Shown: piece by piece, positions 35,264 to 45,111 of the stretch
Layout of the letters: each line of letters begins with the position of its first letter
How positions within the stretch are numbered: position 1 is the first letter of the stretch
Source of the DNA: Bdellovibrionales bacterium RIFOXYD12_FULL_39_22
Lineage (GTDB): Bacteria; Bdellovibrionota; Bacteriovoracia; Bacteriovoracales; Bacteriovoracaceae
Length of the DNA: 64,000 nucleotides
Reading direction: 5' to 3'
NCBI GenBank assembly: GCA_001770205.1
Contig: MEQL01000056.1
Span: forward strand, 1 to 64,000
Notes under the pieces: generated by a model
Told to the model about the DNA's origin: nothing
Seen by the model: only the letters and a program-made list of their open reading frames with translations
The model's database searches: none
Position numbers and translations under genes: made by a program

Positions 35264-37590
35264 AAATAATTTTTCTGACATTTCTTCTAATTACCTTCGC
35301 CAGTTGTGGATTAGAACGTTGGTGGGGAGAGCCAGCAGCTCCGGTTCCCATAATTGATTTATCGGCCACTTCTGCCGCCAAAGGAGCACCACCTATTACA
35401 GATATTTGGGAAGGATCAGAAGAGAGATCTAAGCAGGCCTTTGAGCATTATAAAAAAACGATCAATGAATTATGGAGCAAGGTTGAAGGTGACAAAAAAG
35501 GTGTTTTTACGGAACGGGAGTTGCGGGCGTTGATTAATGAGCGTGTAATTAAATTATCCAATGATGCCGCTGACGATATCCAAAAAGTTATGGCCGTGAA
35601 ATCGCTTTTGGGGATTAAAGGTGCATTGAAAAAAGAGCGTCTAGATGAGATTTTTAATTGGATTGATAGTAGTCGGAATGATTTACGTAGAGCATATCAA
35701 AAGTTTAAGAATGATTCTGCAAACGTTTTGTTTGGGGATATAAAACACGCCATTAATGTTGGAGTGGGCCTTCTAAATCTACTCAATTGGAAAAAAAGCA
35801 ATTCTTTATTTTTGCAAGAGATAAATATTCTTTTAGGAGCAGAAAATAGTGAACGAGATGAGAAAGTTATGCATTTTGCGGAAGAGGTAATGGGCCTTGT
35901 TTGTCCACGATATCCAATGGGCAAAATCGATTTACCTAAACTTAGTGCGTGTTTGACTAGTGCTGTTTCTGAATTTGGAGTGGGCGAAGCATGGTTTAAC
36001 TATCAATTAAAAATGAGCGATAACAATCACGATGGAGTTGCGATAACAGAGTCGTTAGTGGCATTAAAAAGTGTAGCTCAGAAGTGGTTCAAAAATCCAC
36101 AGCTTAGACCTATCACAACGGATTCCATAATTGAGTTTTTAGAAATTATGGAATTAGACCCACCAGATAATTTAAAGTCGGCGTTTGCCATTGTTGAGGA
36201 ATTAAACGGAAGATCTTCACGGAAAATATTTTTTCCAGAAATAGTGTTGGATATTTTAGAGGTTTTTTTCAAAGAGCATCGGGAAATTTTTAAGGTCATA
36301 CCGATTTTTCAAGAGGCATTTAAAAATGGTAAGTGTGAAGTAACGGAAAGATTTCCCTCCGCCGTGCCGCCTATTAAATCGTGGGCAGATTGTGCTCTTT
36401 CTCTGGATGAGATAAAAAAACTATACATCAAATCAACGCAGCAAACTGCCAATCCACAGAATGTATTGCACGCTTTTGGTACAGTTAAATCCACAGTATC
36501 TCCTAGTTACGCTCGTTCAGTCAGACCAATAACTCCTAATTTTATTGCTAACTTACTTATGTTAAAAAGTATCTCTGCACACATTATCTTTATTTTTGAT
36601 AATGATCGAGATGGCAGTATTCGTAGCGCCAGCGAACATGAGAAAAACGAAGTACTGGAAGTAATTCAACAGTGCGTGGTATCAGTTGATACGCTGACAA
36701 CCTACATTGACCGATTAAAGCGAGGCATAAAACCAAAGCAGAGTTTAGTGGCAGAAGCGGCACCACCGCCTTTAGATGGCCTGAACCTTGAGGGAATTTC
36801 ACAGGTGGCCGTGTTGGCGGGAAGCGATATTTTAGTAATTCGTGATAAAGAGGAACGGATGATTTTTGAAAAAATTTTTTCGAATTTCACAAATCTTTTT
36901 CCTCGCGGGGCAGTTAATTTAGATCTGGCCGGAGTAACGGCCGTTATGAGCTTGATTGATTCTTTTGGTGATTATCGTCAAAAACTTCTGGATTCGCCAG
37001 AATTTACCTTAAAAACTTGGAAGCAACCAGTTACAGAGGAAATATTTATTGATCGTGAATCACTTCTGAAAAATATTCCGGCAATTTTGGAAAAATTTTT
37101 TCCTGATACCTACCGCAACTGTTTAAGTGTGGGTATGAAGAAAAGCTGCGTTCCTAGTTTCGATGGGGTTTTGCCCGACAGTGGGCCAGAAAAAGAAGGA
37201 TATGTGGAGGCCTCGTCTTTTGATTTAATTGTGCTAGTTGCTTCGGCCATAGAGGGAATTAGAAATAGCTGTGATTTTAATAACTCGGGAGATCTTTCTT
37301 GGGCATTATTTGATGGAAGGGATGAGTTGGACTGTGCGTTTACGAGAATCTCTCATGCCTCCAAGCGTCTGATTGATTCTAAAGTAATTGAGGGGGCCGG
37401 AACGGAAACGACCAAGGCAATTTTATCTCTTTTTGATTCAACTTTTGTAACCAGAACAGTTGGAAAGGCGGCCTTAGTAACAGGAAGTCTCAAACGGCCA
37501 CTTCGTGGGACGTGGAATTTTATTACTCACAAAGAGGCCACAATTGGAACAATGTATCTTTTGATGAATGAATTAGTTTCTTCTGAGTAG
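35257..37590 (+). CDS. large alpha-helical lipoprotein with EF-hand-like loops
   Basis: Lipobox FASC; overlaps the upstream stop; DNDRDG and DFNNSG loops. Confidence 0.75.
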   Translation: MVKIIFLTFLLITFASCGLERWWGEPAAPVPIIDLSATSAAKGAPPITDIWEGSEERSKQAFEHYKKTINELWSKVEGDKKGVFTERELRALINERVIKLSNDAADDIQKVMAVKSLLGIKGALKKERLDEIFNWIDSSRNDLRRAYQKFKNDSANVLFGDIKHAINVGVGLLNLLNWKKSNSLFLQEINILLGAENSERDEKVMHFAEEVMGLVCPRYPMGKIDLPKLSACLTSAVSEFGVGEAWFNYQLKMSDNNHDGVAITESLVALKSVAQKWFKNPQLRPITTDSIIEFLEIMELDPPDNLKSAFAIVEELNGRSSRKIFFPEIVLDILEVFFKEHREIFKVIPIFQEAFKNGKCEVTERFPSAVPPIKSWADCALSLDEIKKLYIKSTQQTANPQNVLHAFGTVKSTVSPSYARSVRPITPNFIANLLMLKSISAHIIFIFDNDRDGSIRSASEHEKNEVLEVIQQCVVSVDTLTTYIDRLKRGIKPKQSLVAEAAPPPLDGLNLEGISQVAVLAGSDILVIRDKEERMIFEKIFSNFTNLFPRGAVNLDLAGVTAVMSLIDSFGDYRQKLLDSPEFTLKTWKQPVTEEIFIDRESLLKNIPAILEKFFPDTYRNCLSVGMKKSCVPSFDGVLPDSGPEKEGYVEASSFDLIVLVASAIEGIRNSCDFNNSGDLSWALFDGRDELDCAFTRISHASKRLIDSKVIEGAGTETTKAILSLFDSTFVTRTVGKAALVTGSLKRPLRGTWNFITHKEATIGTMYLLMNELVSSE

Positions 37591-37610
37591 AAGCTTTTTA
37601 ATAATCCATG

Positions 37611-38606
37611 TTAAGCAAAAATAATATCTTTTAAAAACTTTTCAAACGAATGGCCATATTCTTCCATCATCTTTGGAAACATTGAAATAGGAGTCATTCC
37701 AGGAAAGGTGTTAATCTCATTTAAAAATATTTCTCCATTATTGCTTAGAAAAAAATCTATTCTTGATAGATGACGAAGCTTTAATCCCACAAAAGCATCA
37801 AGGGCGTAATTGCGAATTTTTTCACTGATATCACTTGAAATATTTTCGGCGCGAGTTGCTGTTTTTGTGTGGCCGTCAGCACCATACTTTTCGTTGTAAG
37901 AATAAAAGGAACCGGGTTGACAGATAATCTCGCCTGGGTAGGTGGCGACAATTTTCCCCTCATACTCATAAGTAGAAACCTCCAACTCACGTCCGCTAAT
38001 GGCCTTTTCAATTAGGACGTAGGGGGAATATTTAAAGGCCTTCCTTAATGCTAGCGTCAATTCTTCTTCGCCTTTGACACTATAGCAGCCCACAGAAGAG
38101 CCCTGGGAGGCGGCCTTAACAAAAACATGTTTCCACTCGGCCATGGCCTTCTTGGCCCTTGGAAGATCTTCCAAAGAGTTTAAAAAAATATATGGCGTGT
38201 TGGGAACACCAAGGGCATTTAACCAAAGCTTGGTAGAGATTTTATTAAAGCAAAGGACTGAGGCCTCCGGGCCGTTTCCAAGGTAGGGAAGCCTCATCAT
38301 TTCAAAGAGCGCCGGTAATTCACCTGTTTCCCCAGGGATGCCATGAATACATGGAATAGCAAAATCAAGTTTGATTTTTTTCTCTCCTATGCAAAGTTCC
38401 CCATCTTTGCGTAGTTCACAAAGAGAACCATCCTTGGTTCTTCGATTGCCATCCTTGCAAATTTCAACGAAATAAGATTCAACGCCTTCCATTTTGTGGA
38501 GGTTTTCTTCTATGTATTTGGCCGATACTAAAGAAACTTCGTGTTCGGTTCCGCCACCGCCGCAAATAAGCAGAACATTTTTTTTTGCGCTAGTTGCGTT
38601 ACTCAT
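37611..38606 (-). CDS. ddl: D-alanine--D-alanine ligase
   Basis: GGGGTEHEVSL.SA, HG.PGE.G, QGSSVG, YSYNEKY, RIDFF, NEINTFPGMT..S. Confidence 0.95.
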   Translation of the reverse strand: MSNATSAKKNVLLICGGGGTEHEVSLVSAKYIEENLHKMEGVESYFVEICKDGNRRTKDGSLCELRKDGELCIGEKKIKLDFAIPCIHGIPGETGELPALFEMMRLPYLGNGPEASVLCFNKISTKLWLNALGVPNTPYIFLNSLEDLPRAKKAMAEWKHVFVKAASQGSSVGCYSVKGEEELTLALRKAFKYSPYVLIEKAISGRELEVSTYEYEGKIVATYPGEIICQPGSFYSYNEKYGADGHTKTATRAENISSDISEKIRNYALDAFVGLKLRHLSRIDFFLSNNGEIFLNEINTFPGMTPISMFPKMMEEYGHSFEKFLKDIIFA

Positions 38607-40375
38607 TACAGGCCTCGCATTTCAATTGGTGATTTTTCTTTATCTAGTTCAGTGAACATGGCAATAAGGTTATCTACGGAAATAGTTTCAGAAGTTTTTT
38701 CTCCATACTTGCGTACACTGACAGCACTTGCCTCTATCTCGCGATCGCCAATTGCCAACATAAAGGGAATTTTATTCTGTTGAATTTGACGGGTTTTCAG
38801 TCCCATCGATTCATTGCGCTCATCGATTTTTATGCGAAAATTTAGTCGAGATAGCTTTCCTTCAACCTCTTTAGCAAACGCCAAATGCTTATCGCCAGCA
38901 ATAGGCACAATTACTGCTTGAATTGGTGCAATCCAAAAAGGGAATGCTCCGCCGGTGTGCTCCAAATAGACTCCAAAAAAGCGCTCCAGAGAACCTAGCA
39001 ATGCTCGGTGAATGACTACCGGCCTTTCAATCTCACCATTTTTGTTGGTGAACTTTAGGTCAAAACGCTCTGGTAGTTGGAAATCAAGCTGGGCAGTGCC
39101 CAGCTGATGGTAGCGATTTAGCGCATCAGCGATTTCCACATCAATCTTGGGACCATAAAAGGCCCCATCACCCTCGTTGATAACATACTCAAAGCCGCTT
39201 TTTTCTAAAACGGCCTTCAGCGCCGTCTCAGCTTTATCCCAAGTCGCATCATCGCCTGCTCGTTTGGGGGGGCGAGTTGATAGATTTATTTTGATATTTT
39301 TGAAATTAAAATGGCGATAGCAGATGAAAAATTCATTTAAAACTTTCTTTACTTCGCTTTCAATATCATCGATGGCCACAAAAATATGGGCATCGTCCTG
39401 GCAGAAAGTGCGAACACGAGTAAGTCCACTAAGTGTTCCCGATTTTTCATTACGATGAATACGTCCAAAGTCTGCATAACGAAGAGGAAGATCGCGGTAG
39501 CTGTATTTAAAATGTTTGAACATCAGCATATGGCAAGGGCAATTCATTGGCTTCATGGCAAATTCGCGATTTTCCACATAGGTGAAAAACATGTTTTCCT
39601 TATAGTGTTCGTAGTGTCCGCTTGTGTGCCATAATTCAGTATCTAAAACTTGCGGAGTAATGACCTCATCATAGTTGGCCTTAACATATATTCGGCGCAT
39701 GAAATCGATCAGAGCATTGTAAATCATAGCTCCTTTGGGCATAAAAAAGGGTGCACCCGGAGCAACTTTATCAAAAATAAAAAGTTCTAAATCCTTTCCC
39801 AATTTTCGATGGTCGCGTTTTTTTGCTTCTTCTAAAAAAAACAAATGCTCTTTTAGTTTTTCCTTACTGTCAAAACAAACAGCATATACTCGTTGTAGCA
39901 TCTGATTGTCGGAGTTACCGCGCCAATAAGCTCCGGCCGTGTTGAGAAGTTTGAAAAATGGTCGAAGTTTTCCAGTACTTTCTACGTGTGGCCCTCGACA
40001 TAAATCAACAAACTCCCCTTGTTCGTAACAAGAGATCTCTTCTCTTTCGGGAAGTTCTTTAATTAATTCGACTTTGAATTTTTGTTGTTTTTTTGAAAAT
40101 AGATCTAGTGCCTGTTGGCGAGATAACACTTTTCGCTCAACTTTTATATTTTGTGTTATAATTTCTTTCATTAATTCTTCGATCTTGGCCAAATCCTCAT
40201 CGGTGAGGCGATGTTCCATATCAATATCGTAGTAAAAACCATTTTCAATGGTCGGCCCAATTCCAAATTGTACATTTTGATCTGGAAACAATCTGGCGAT
40301 CGCTTGTGCCATCAAATGCGCGGTCGAATGTCGTATTATAGATATATCGTGTCCATTTTTGATTTCATTGCTCAT
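38606..40375 (-). CDS. thrS: threonine--tRNA ligase (short form without TGS domain)
   Basis: RHSTAH, DLCRGPH, RDHRKLG, KPMNCP.H, RVR.F.QDDAH, GAFYGPK, HRA.LGS.ERF. Confidence 0.97.
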   Translation of the reverse strand: MSNEIKNGHDISIIRHSTAHLMAQAIARLFPDQNVQFGIGPTIENGFYYDIDMEHRLTDEDLAKIEELMKEIITQNIKVERKVLSRQQALDLFSKKQQKFKVELIKELPEREEISCYEQGEFVDLCRGPHVESTGKLRPFFKLLNTAGAYWRGNSDNQMLQRVYAVCFDSKEKLKEHLFFLEEAKKRDHRKLGKDLELFIFDKVAPGAPFFMPKGAMIYNALIDFMRRIYVKANYDEVITPQVLDTELWHTSGHYEHYKENMFFTYVENREFAMKPMNCPCHMLMFKHFKYSYRDLPLRYADFGRIHRNEKSGTLSGLTRVRTFCQDDAHIFVAIDDIESEVKKVLNEFFICYRHFNFKNIKINLSTRPPKRAGDDATWDKAETALKAVLEKSGFEYVINEGDGAFYGPKIDVEIADALNRYHQLGTAQLDFQLPERFDLKFTNKNGEIERPVVIHRALLGSLERFFGVYLEHTGGAFPFWIAPIQAVIVPIAGDKHLAFAKEVEGKLSRLNFRIKIDERNESMGLKTRQIQQNKIPFMLAIGDREIEASAVSVRKYGEKTSETISVDNLIAMFTELDKEKSPIEMRGL

Positions 40376-40404
40376 CACTCCCCCCATTCACAATTTAGGG
40401 AAGA

Positions 40405-40433
40405 AGAGTAACAATCCTCTCTCGATAAATCAA
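40405..40433 (-). promoter_or_regulatory. sigma70 promoter of thrS-ddl
   Basis: Minus strand TTGATT-N17-TACTCT with extended -10 TG. Confidence 0.55.
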
Positions 40434-40573
40434 TTAGTTAAATTAGAGGCCAGCGAGAGATGTAAGATTTTTACATACTAGATGTAAGATTCTTTGACGG
40501 CGACAAGTAGTTTTGGTAATGAAACTAGAAGAAAGCTTGCTGGCAACCGTAGATTTATCAAAAGAGGAAAAAC

Positions 40574-41863
40574 ATGAACGACACACATAATTCCCTTGGC
40601 CAATTTGAAAGCGAAAAATCCCCTGTTTTAGCGCTACGCAACGGCGCCCTTGAAGCAACGATTGCAGAGATAAAAAGGGAAGAGGAAATAGAGGATAGAA
40701 GGGCGGTTGGAAAATCTTTTTATCACCTAGCAAAAATATATTATGATAAGGCCGATTTTGAGCGGGCCGAAGAGTTTTTTTTGAAGGCCCTAGATTTTGC
40801 CGAGCGGCCGCGAGATGATTACGCTATTTTCAAAACTCTAGGATTTTTAATCCGGATTGCTTCTGAGAAATTGAATAATGAAATTGCAGAAGTTCACATA
40901 AGACAGTCAGAGGCCATTTTAAAAGAACTTGATTCTGCTTTGGGCACTTTGAATGCGGAGTACTTTTATAATGCAGGAACGATTGGAACTTATCGAGGAG
41001 ATTTTGAGGGTGCTAAAGAGAATTATTTAATGGCACTACGTAAATCAAAAGAGGAAAATGAATCAGATCTTTTGGCCAAATGTCTGTTGGCCTTAGCTAC
41101 CAATTGCTACAATTTAAAAAATTATGATAAATCCACAGAATACATTCATCAATTAACCCAGCTGTTAAAGATCATAAAAAAAGATTACTTAAATGGCGCG
41201 CTATCTATGTTGACTGCCAAGGTTTTATTGGAGAAGGAAGAGTATGATGCGGCGTTGACTTTTTTTCGTAGCGCAAACATAAATTTGCAAACCAAAAAAT
41301 GCTGGAATCTTCATGGCTACAATCTCTACTGGATGGGAATGGTTTATAAGTCCAAAGGAGAGTTTGATCGGGCCTTGTCTCTTTTTCAGCTGGCCCAAGA
41401 CACCATTGATAAAAATATCTTTCGACGATTGGCCCAGCTAATTGCTGCTGAAATTAGTGACGTCAATGATACTAACGTAGATGTATATTTGGATAGAACT
41501 AATTGCATAATAAGGGAGCGCCATCTCGGAGTAATTGATTTTAAACATCGCTTTGTATTGTTGGAAATTCTTTTCTTGTTGGCGCGAAATCCGGGAGTGG
41601 CCTACGATAAGGAGATCTTGGCAAAATCTATCTGGAAAGATGAGTACAATCCGCTAATTCACGACAAGTTGATATACACGAGCGTTAGTCGATTGCGAAA
41701 ATTAATTGAGCCGAAATTGTCCAAGAAAGATAAGCGTAAATATATTATTCGAGGGAAGGACGGTTACACATTTAACCCGCTGGTCAAGACAAGATTCCAT
41801 CTAGATAGCAAGCACGATGTATCGCCATCCATCGCCAATGTGGAGATGAGTTCGCCGGTTTAG
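40574..41863 (+). CDS. TPR-repeat protein with C-terminal OmpR-type winged-helix DNA-binding domain
   Basis: Several TPR-like helical repeats; LEILFLLARNPG...KE.L...IW......IYTSVSRLRK.IE...YI..G..GY. Confidence 0.85.
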   Translation: MNDTHNSLGQFESEKSPVLALRNGALEATIAEIKREEEIEDRRAVGKSFYHLAKIYYDKADFERAEEFFLKALDFAERPRDDYAIFKTLGFLIRIASEKLNNEIAEVHIRQSEAILKELDSALGTLNAEYFYNAGTIGTYRGDFEGAKENYLMALRKSKEENESDLLAKCLLALATNCYNLKNYDKSTEYIHQLTQLLKIIKKDYLNGALSMLTAKVLLEKEEYDAALTFFRSANINLQTKKCWNLHGYNLYWMGMVYKSKGEFDRALSLFQLAQDTIDKNIFRRLAQLIAAEISDVNDTNVDVYLDRTNCIIRERHLGVIDFKHRFVLLEILFLLARNPGVAYDKEILAKSIWKDEYNPLIHDKLIYTSVSRLRKLIEPKLSKKDKRKYIIRGKDGYTFNPLVKTRFHLDSKHDVSPSIANVEMSSPV

Positions 41864-41882
41864 AGAAAAAGAAGTAAGATTT

Positions 41883-42440
41883 ATGTGGAAAACTCTGCTC
41901 GTTTTTGCCTTTTTGATGGTAACAAATCTTGTTACTGCGCAGAAAAGAGAAAATGGTATTCTGCTTTTTTCTGATATTGCTATTTTTTCTCAGCACGGCC
42001 AAACCTGGATGCTAAGCGATCTTAATCGACTGTTTGTAGATTTTACCGATTTGCGATGCATGCAAAAAAAATCACTGCTTGCTGCGGCCTTAAATCTGGC
42101 CTCTCAAAGGCCATTAATACAAAAACTTTCCAAAGAAAAGGCAGAGACAATTCGTCTCTCTAATTACAATTCGCTTTTTATGGCCGCTGCCAAGTTAGTA
42201 ACTGTGATAAATTACGTTGAGACAAACGAAGTGGCATGGAGGGGCGCGAGCAATGAATTGCAATCAAAAGAGTGTCTCGGGCCTAAGGACGTTAGCAAAA
42301 CGTTAAAGAGATTAATTTCGGCGGAGAAATATCTGTTAGATCGCTACGGAGGGATTGAGCAGGAGAAGACAAAAATTGATGGCGTAGAACTTTTCATTAA
42401 TTCAATTTATCGATCGGTGCAAAATGAATTTTTCTACTGA
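41883..42440 (+). CDS. hypothetical secreted protein
   Basis: Signal peptide; in operon with rimI. Confidence 0.7.
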   Translation: MWKTLLVFAFLMVTNLVTAQKRENGILLFSDIAIFSQHGQTWMLSDLNRLFVDFTDLRCMQKKSLLAAALNLASQRPLIQKLSKEKAETIRLSNYNSLFMAAAKLVTVINYVETNEVAWRGASNELQSKECLGPKDVSKTLKRLISAEKYLLDRYGGIEQEKTKIDGVELFINSIYRSVQNEFFY

Positions 42441-42936
42441 CGCATCGGACCGTTTTTTGTCAAATTATCTTTTAAAATTCATTCATAAAAAAGGGCAAGA
42501 AGTTGTTGCTGAGGAATTAAAAAAAGTAATAATTTTTGATCAGCTTTTTTTTCCTCAACCGTGGAGCACAAGTGGATGGCAGGGGATAGTGGAAACAAAA
42601 AACCGTTACTATTTGTTGCAAGTAGAGGCAGCGCAAAAATTAATCGGAATTGCATTATTTGATATGATTGAGGCCGATAACTGTGCTCATCTGCTAAAGA
42701 TTGCGGTAGATCCTCAATTTCGGCAGCGCCAAATTGCCGCCAAAATATTACAGGAAGCGTTTTCTTTTATCGGAAAAACAGAGCAGTTTTTGAAGATTTA
42801 CTTAGAAGTTGAGGAGCAAAATAAAGTGGCAATCAAGCTATATCAGAGAGCTGGTTTCTCGGCCATACATCGCCTTCGTAATTTTTACGGACAGGGAAAA
42901 GACGGATTAGCGATGATCCGCTTTATGAAAAAATAG
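42424..42936 (+). CDS. rimI: ribosomal protein S18 alanine N-acetyltransferase-like GNAT
   Basis: F..PWS, HLLKIAVDPQFRQR.IA, LEVEEQN..AI.LY...GF....R.NFY. Confidence 0.85.
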   Translation: MNFSTDASDRFLSNYLLKFIHKKGQEVVAEELKKVIIFDQLFFPQPWSTSGWQGIVETKNRYYLLQVEAAQKLIGIALFDMIEADNCAHLLKIAVDPQFRQRQIAAKILQEAFSFIGKTEQFLKIYLEVEEQNKVAIKLYQRAGFSAIHRLRNFYGQGKDGLAMIRFMKK

Positions 42937-43049
42937 TTTTTTTGCTACCGATCGTCTTTATCAAATATGCAAAATTAAGATTGCCTTTGCAGATAAAAAC
43001 TGATACAGCATTAACTTGTTGTTTTTATGTGTTTTGGTCTGTTTATGTG

Positions 43050-43080
43050 GGGTGGAATTTTGGTGTCCGCCCTTTTTTTT
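43050..43080 (+). promoter_or_regulatory. rimP leader terminator-like hairpin
   Basis: GGGTGGA-N9-TCCGCCC followed by T8 just upstream of the rimP SD, the position and shape of the known rimP leader. Confidence 0.7.
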
Positions 43081-43097
43081 ATCTGAGTATAGGAAAT

Positions 43098-43598
43098 ATG
43101 GATTTCAAGGTTGTAAGAGCAGGAGCGGAATCGAAGTTTTTTGAATTATGTCAGGGCGTTGTTGAACAACTGGGCCTTGGACTATATGACCTGACTTATG
43201 CGGCGGGGGCCAAGCGGCTTACTATTTTTATTTTCGATAAGGAAACTAAGACGGCGAGATTAGAGGATTGCGCCAAAGTGGATCATGCTCTTACCGATGT
43301 TTTTGAACAAGCAGAGTGGATACCCGAATCAATCACGGTCGAAGTCTCTTCTCCTGGAATTTACCGGCAACTAAAGAACAAAACGCATTTTGATATGGCG
43401 GTTGGAGAGCAAATTAAAGTTGAATTTAATAACAACGGAGACGTAAATGGAGTTAATGGTGCGTTGATAAAAAAACGCAAGGTTGTTGCTACGCTTGTAC
43501 GGGTGAATGAAGAGCAAATCGAAATTGAATTTGAAAAGAAAAAATATAATTTAGCTTTTGAAATAATAAAAAAGGCCAACTTAGAGGCAACCATTTAG
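43098..43598 (+). CDS. rimP: ribosome maturation factor RimP
   Basis: LEDCAKV, EVSSPGI.R.L, IKKANL; upstream of nusA; start set at ATG 43098. Confidence 0.92.
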   Translation: MDFKVVRAGAESKFFELCQGVVEQLGLGLYDLTYAAGAKRLTIFIFDKETKTARLEDCAKVDHALTDVFEQAEWIPESITVEVSSPGIYRQLKNKTHFDMAVGEQIKVEFNNNGDVNGVNGALIKKRKVVATLVRVNEEQIEIEFEKKKYNLAFEIIKKANLEATI

Positions 43599-43641
43599 TA
43601 GAAAATGAACGCGTGAACGAGCGAAAGGAAGGAAGGTAACT

Positions 43642-45057
43642 ATGAGTTTTACTGAATTAGGAAGAGTGATTGAGACTCTCGGAAAGGAAAGAGGAATTGA
43701 CAAGAAAGTTGTGGTTGAAGCAATTGAGCAAGCTTTCCTGGTGACAGCAAGAAAAAAATTTGGACTGCAGGGCGAATACGAAACTCGCTACAATGCGGAA
43801 GATGATGACGTTGAGATCTATCAATACAAAAGCGTTGTTAATGTAGTGAAGGATCCAATCCTAGAGATTATTTTAAACGATGCAAAAGTGTTAGATGCAG
43901 ATGTAGAGGTTGGAGATCAGGTTGGTATTAGAATTGAAAATCCAAACTTTAGTCGGGTGGATGTACAAACTGCCAGGCAAATTATTTTTCAAAAGGTCCG
44001 AGATGCCGAAAGAGAAATATTGTTTGCGGAATTTAAGCACAGAGAAAAAGAGATGATTACTGGTACGGCCACTCGTTATGAACGGGGTAACATCGTGGTT
44101 AATTTAGGGAAAGCAGAGGCCATATTGCCTCGGAGAGAAATAATTCCCAGTGAAAATTTTAAGCCTGGAGATAGAATTCAGGCCTATTTATCAGAAGTTG
44201 TTATGACAAATAGGGGGCCAGAAATTCGTTTGTCCAGAACTTCTCCGATGTTCTTGGTTAAACTTTTTGAAAACGAAGTTCCAGAAATTCAAGATGGGAC
44301 TATTGAAATTAAATCTGCCGCTCGTGAGCCAGGCCAGAGAGCAAAGATTGCTGTTCGTTCGACTGATCGAGAAATTGATCCGGTTGGAGCGTGCGTTGGA
44401 ATGAAGGGAAGTCGTGTCCAGAATATCGTTAACGAATTGCAAGGTGAAAAAATCGACATTGTTAAATGGTCTGATGAATTGACCGAATTTGCGAGGGCCG
44501 CACTGGCCCCAGCAGAAATTGCTAACATCATGATTGATTCTGCTAACGGTTCGTTAGATGTGGTAGTGGAAGATGATCAGCTCTCGTTGGCCATTGGCCG
44601 CAAAGGGCAAAATGTCAGATTGGCCGCCATGCTTAGTGGATATAAAATTAATATAATATCTAAAACCAAGCTGCAGTCAAAAATTAAAAGATCCACAGAA
44701 AATCTGTTGCAGATTACCACGATTAACGATCCTAGAGCGCAAGTACTGGTTCAATCTGGTATCATGAGCGTGGCAGATTTAAATGATATGACTTCGGAAG
44801 AGTTGCGCGAAATCTTAAACGTAGAGATTAACATCGCAGAAGCAATTTTGGCAGAAACCAAGGCCGCCGTGGAAAATGATACAGTTAAACTTGTTCCCAC
44901 AGAAGAGGAAGAAATTGTTTCGGCCTCTGCAGTTCCTGCATACAAAGGGATTTTAGATGGCGATAGCAAGGAAAGTACACCAGCAGAGCAAAAATCTAAG
45001 TTCTCTGATGCGGAAAAGAGATTGCGTGAGGAGTTGGCCGCTTTTAAATTGAAATAG
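43642..45057 (+). CDS. nusA: transcription termination/antitermination factor NusA
   Basis: S1 and KH domains, AREPGQRAKIAV, DPVGACVGMKGSRV, LAIGRKGQNVRLA. Confidence 0.97.
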   Translation: MSFTELGRVIETLGKERGIDKKVVVEAIEQAFLVTARKKFGLQGEYETRYNAEDDDVEIYQYKSVVNVVKDPILEIILNDAKVLDADVEVGDQVGIRIENPNFSRVDVQTARQIIFQKVRDAEREILFAEFKHREKEMITGTATRYERGNIVVNLGKAEAILPRREIIPSENFKPGDRIQAYLSEVVMTNRGPEIRLSRTSPMFLVKLFENEVPEIQDGTIEIKSAAREPGQRAKIAVRSTDREIDPVGACVGMKGSRVQNIVNELQGEKIDIVKWSDELTEFARAALAPAEIANIMIDSANGSLDVVVEDDQLSLAIGRKGQNVRLAAMLSGYKINIISKTKLQSKIKRSTENLLQITTINDPRAQVLVQSGIMSVADLNDMTSEELREILNVEINIAEAILAETKAAVENDTVKLVPTEEEEIVSASAVPAYKGILDGDSKESTPAEQKSKFSDAEKRLREELAAFKLK

Positions 45058-45111
45058 CTAATAGAGATTTTGTTTTTTGTAACGTATGTGTAAATAAAAT
45101 GTGGAGTGGTG

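Noticed and set aside
40376..40573. Possible T-box or structured leader for thrS
   Set aside because: The predicted promoter leaves a leader of only ~25 nt and there is no T-box sequence.
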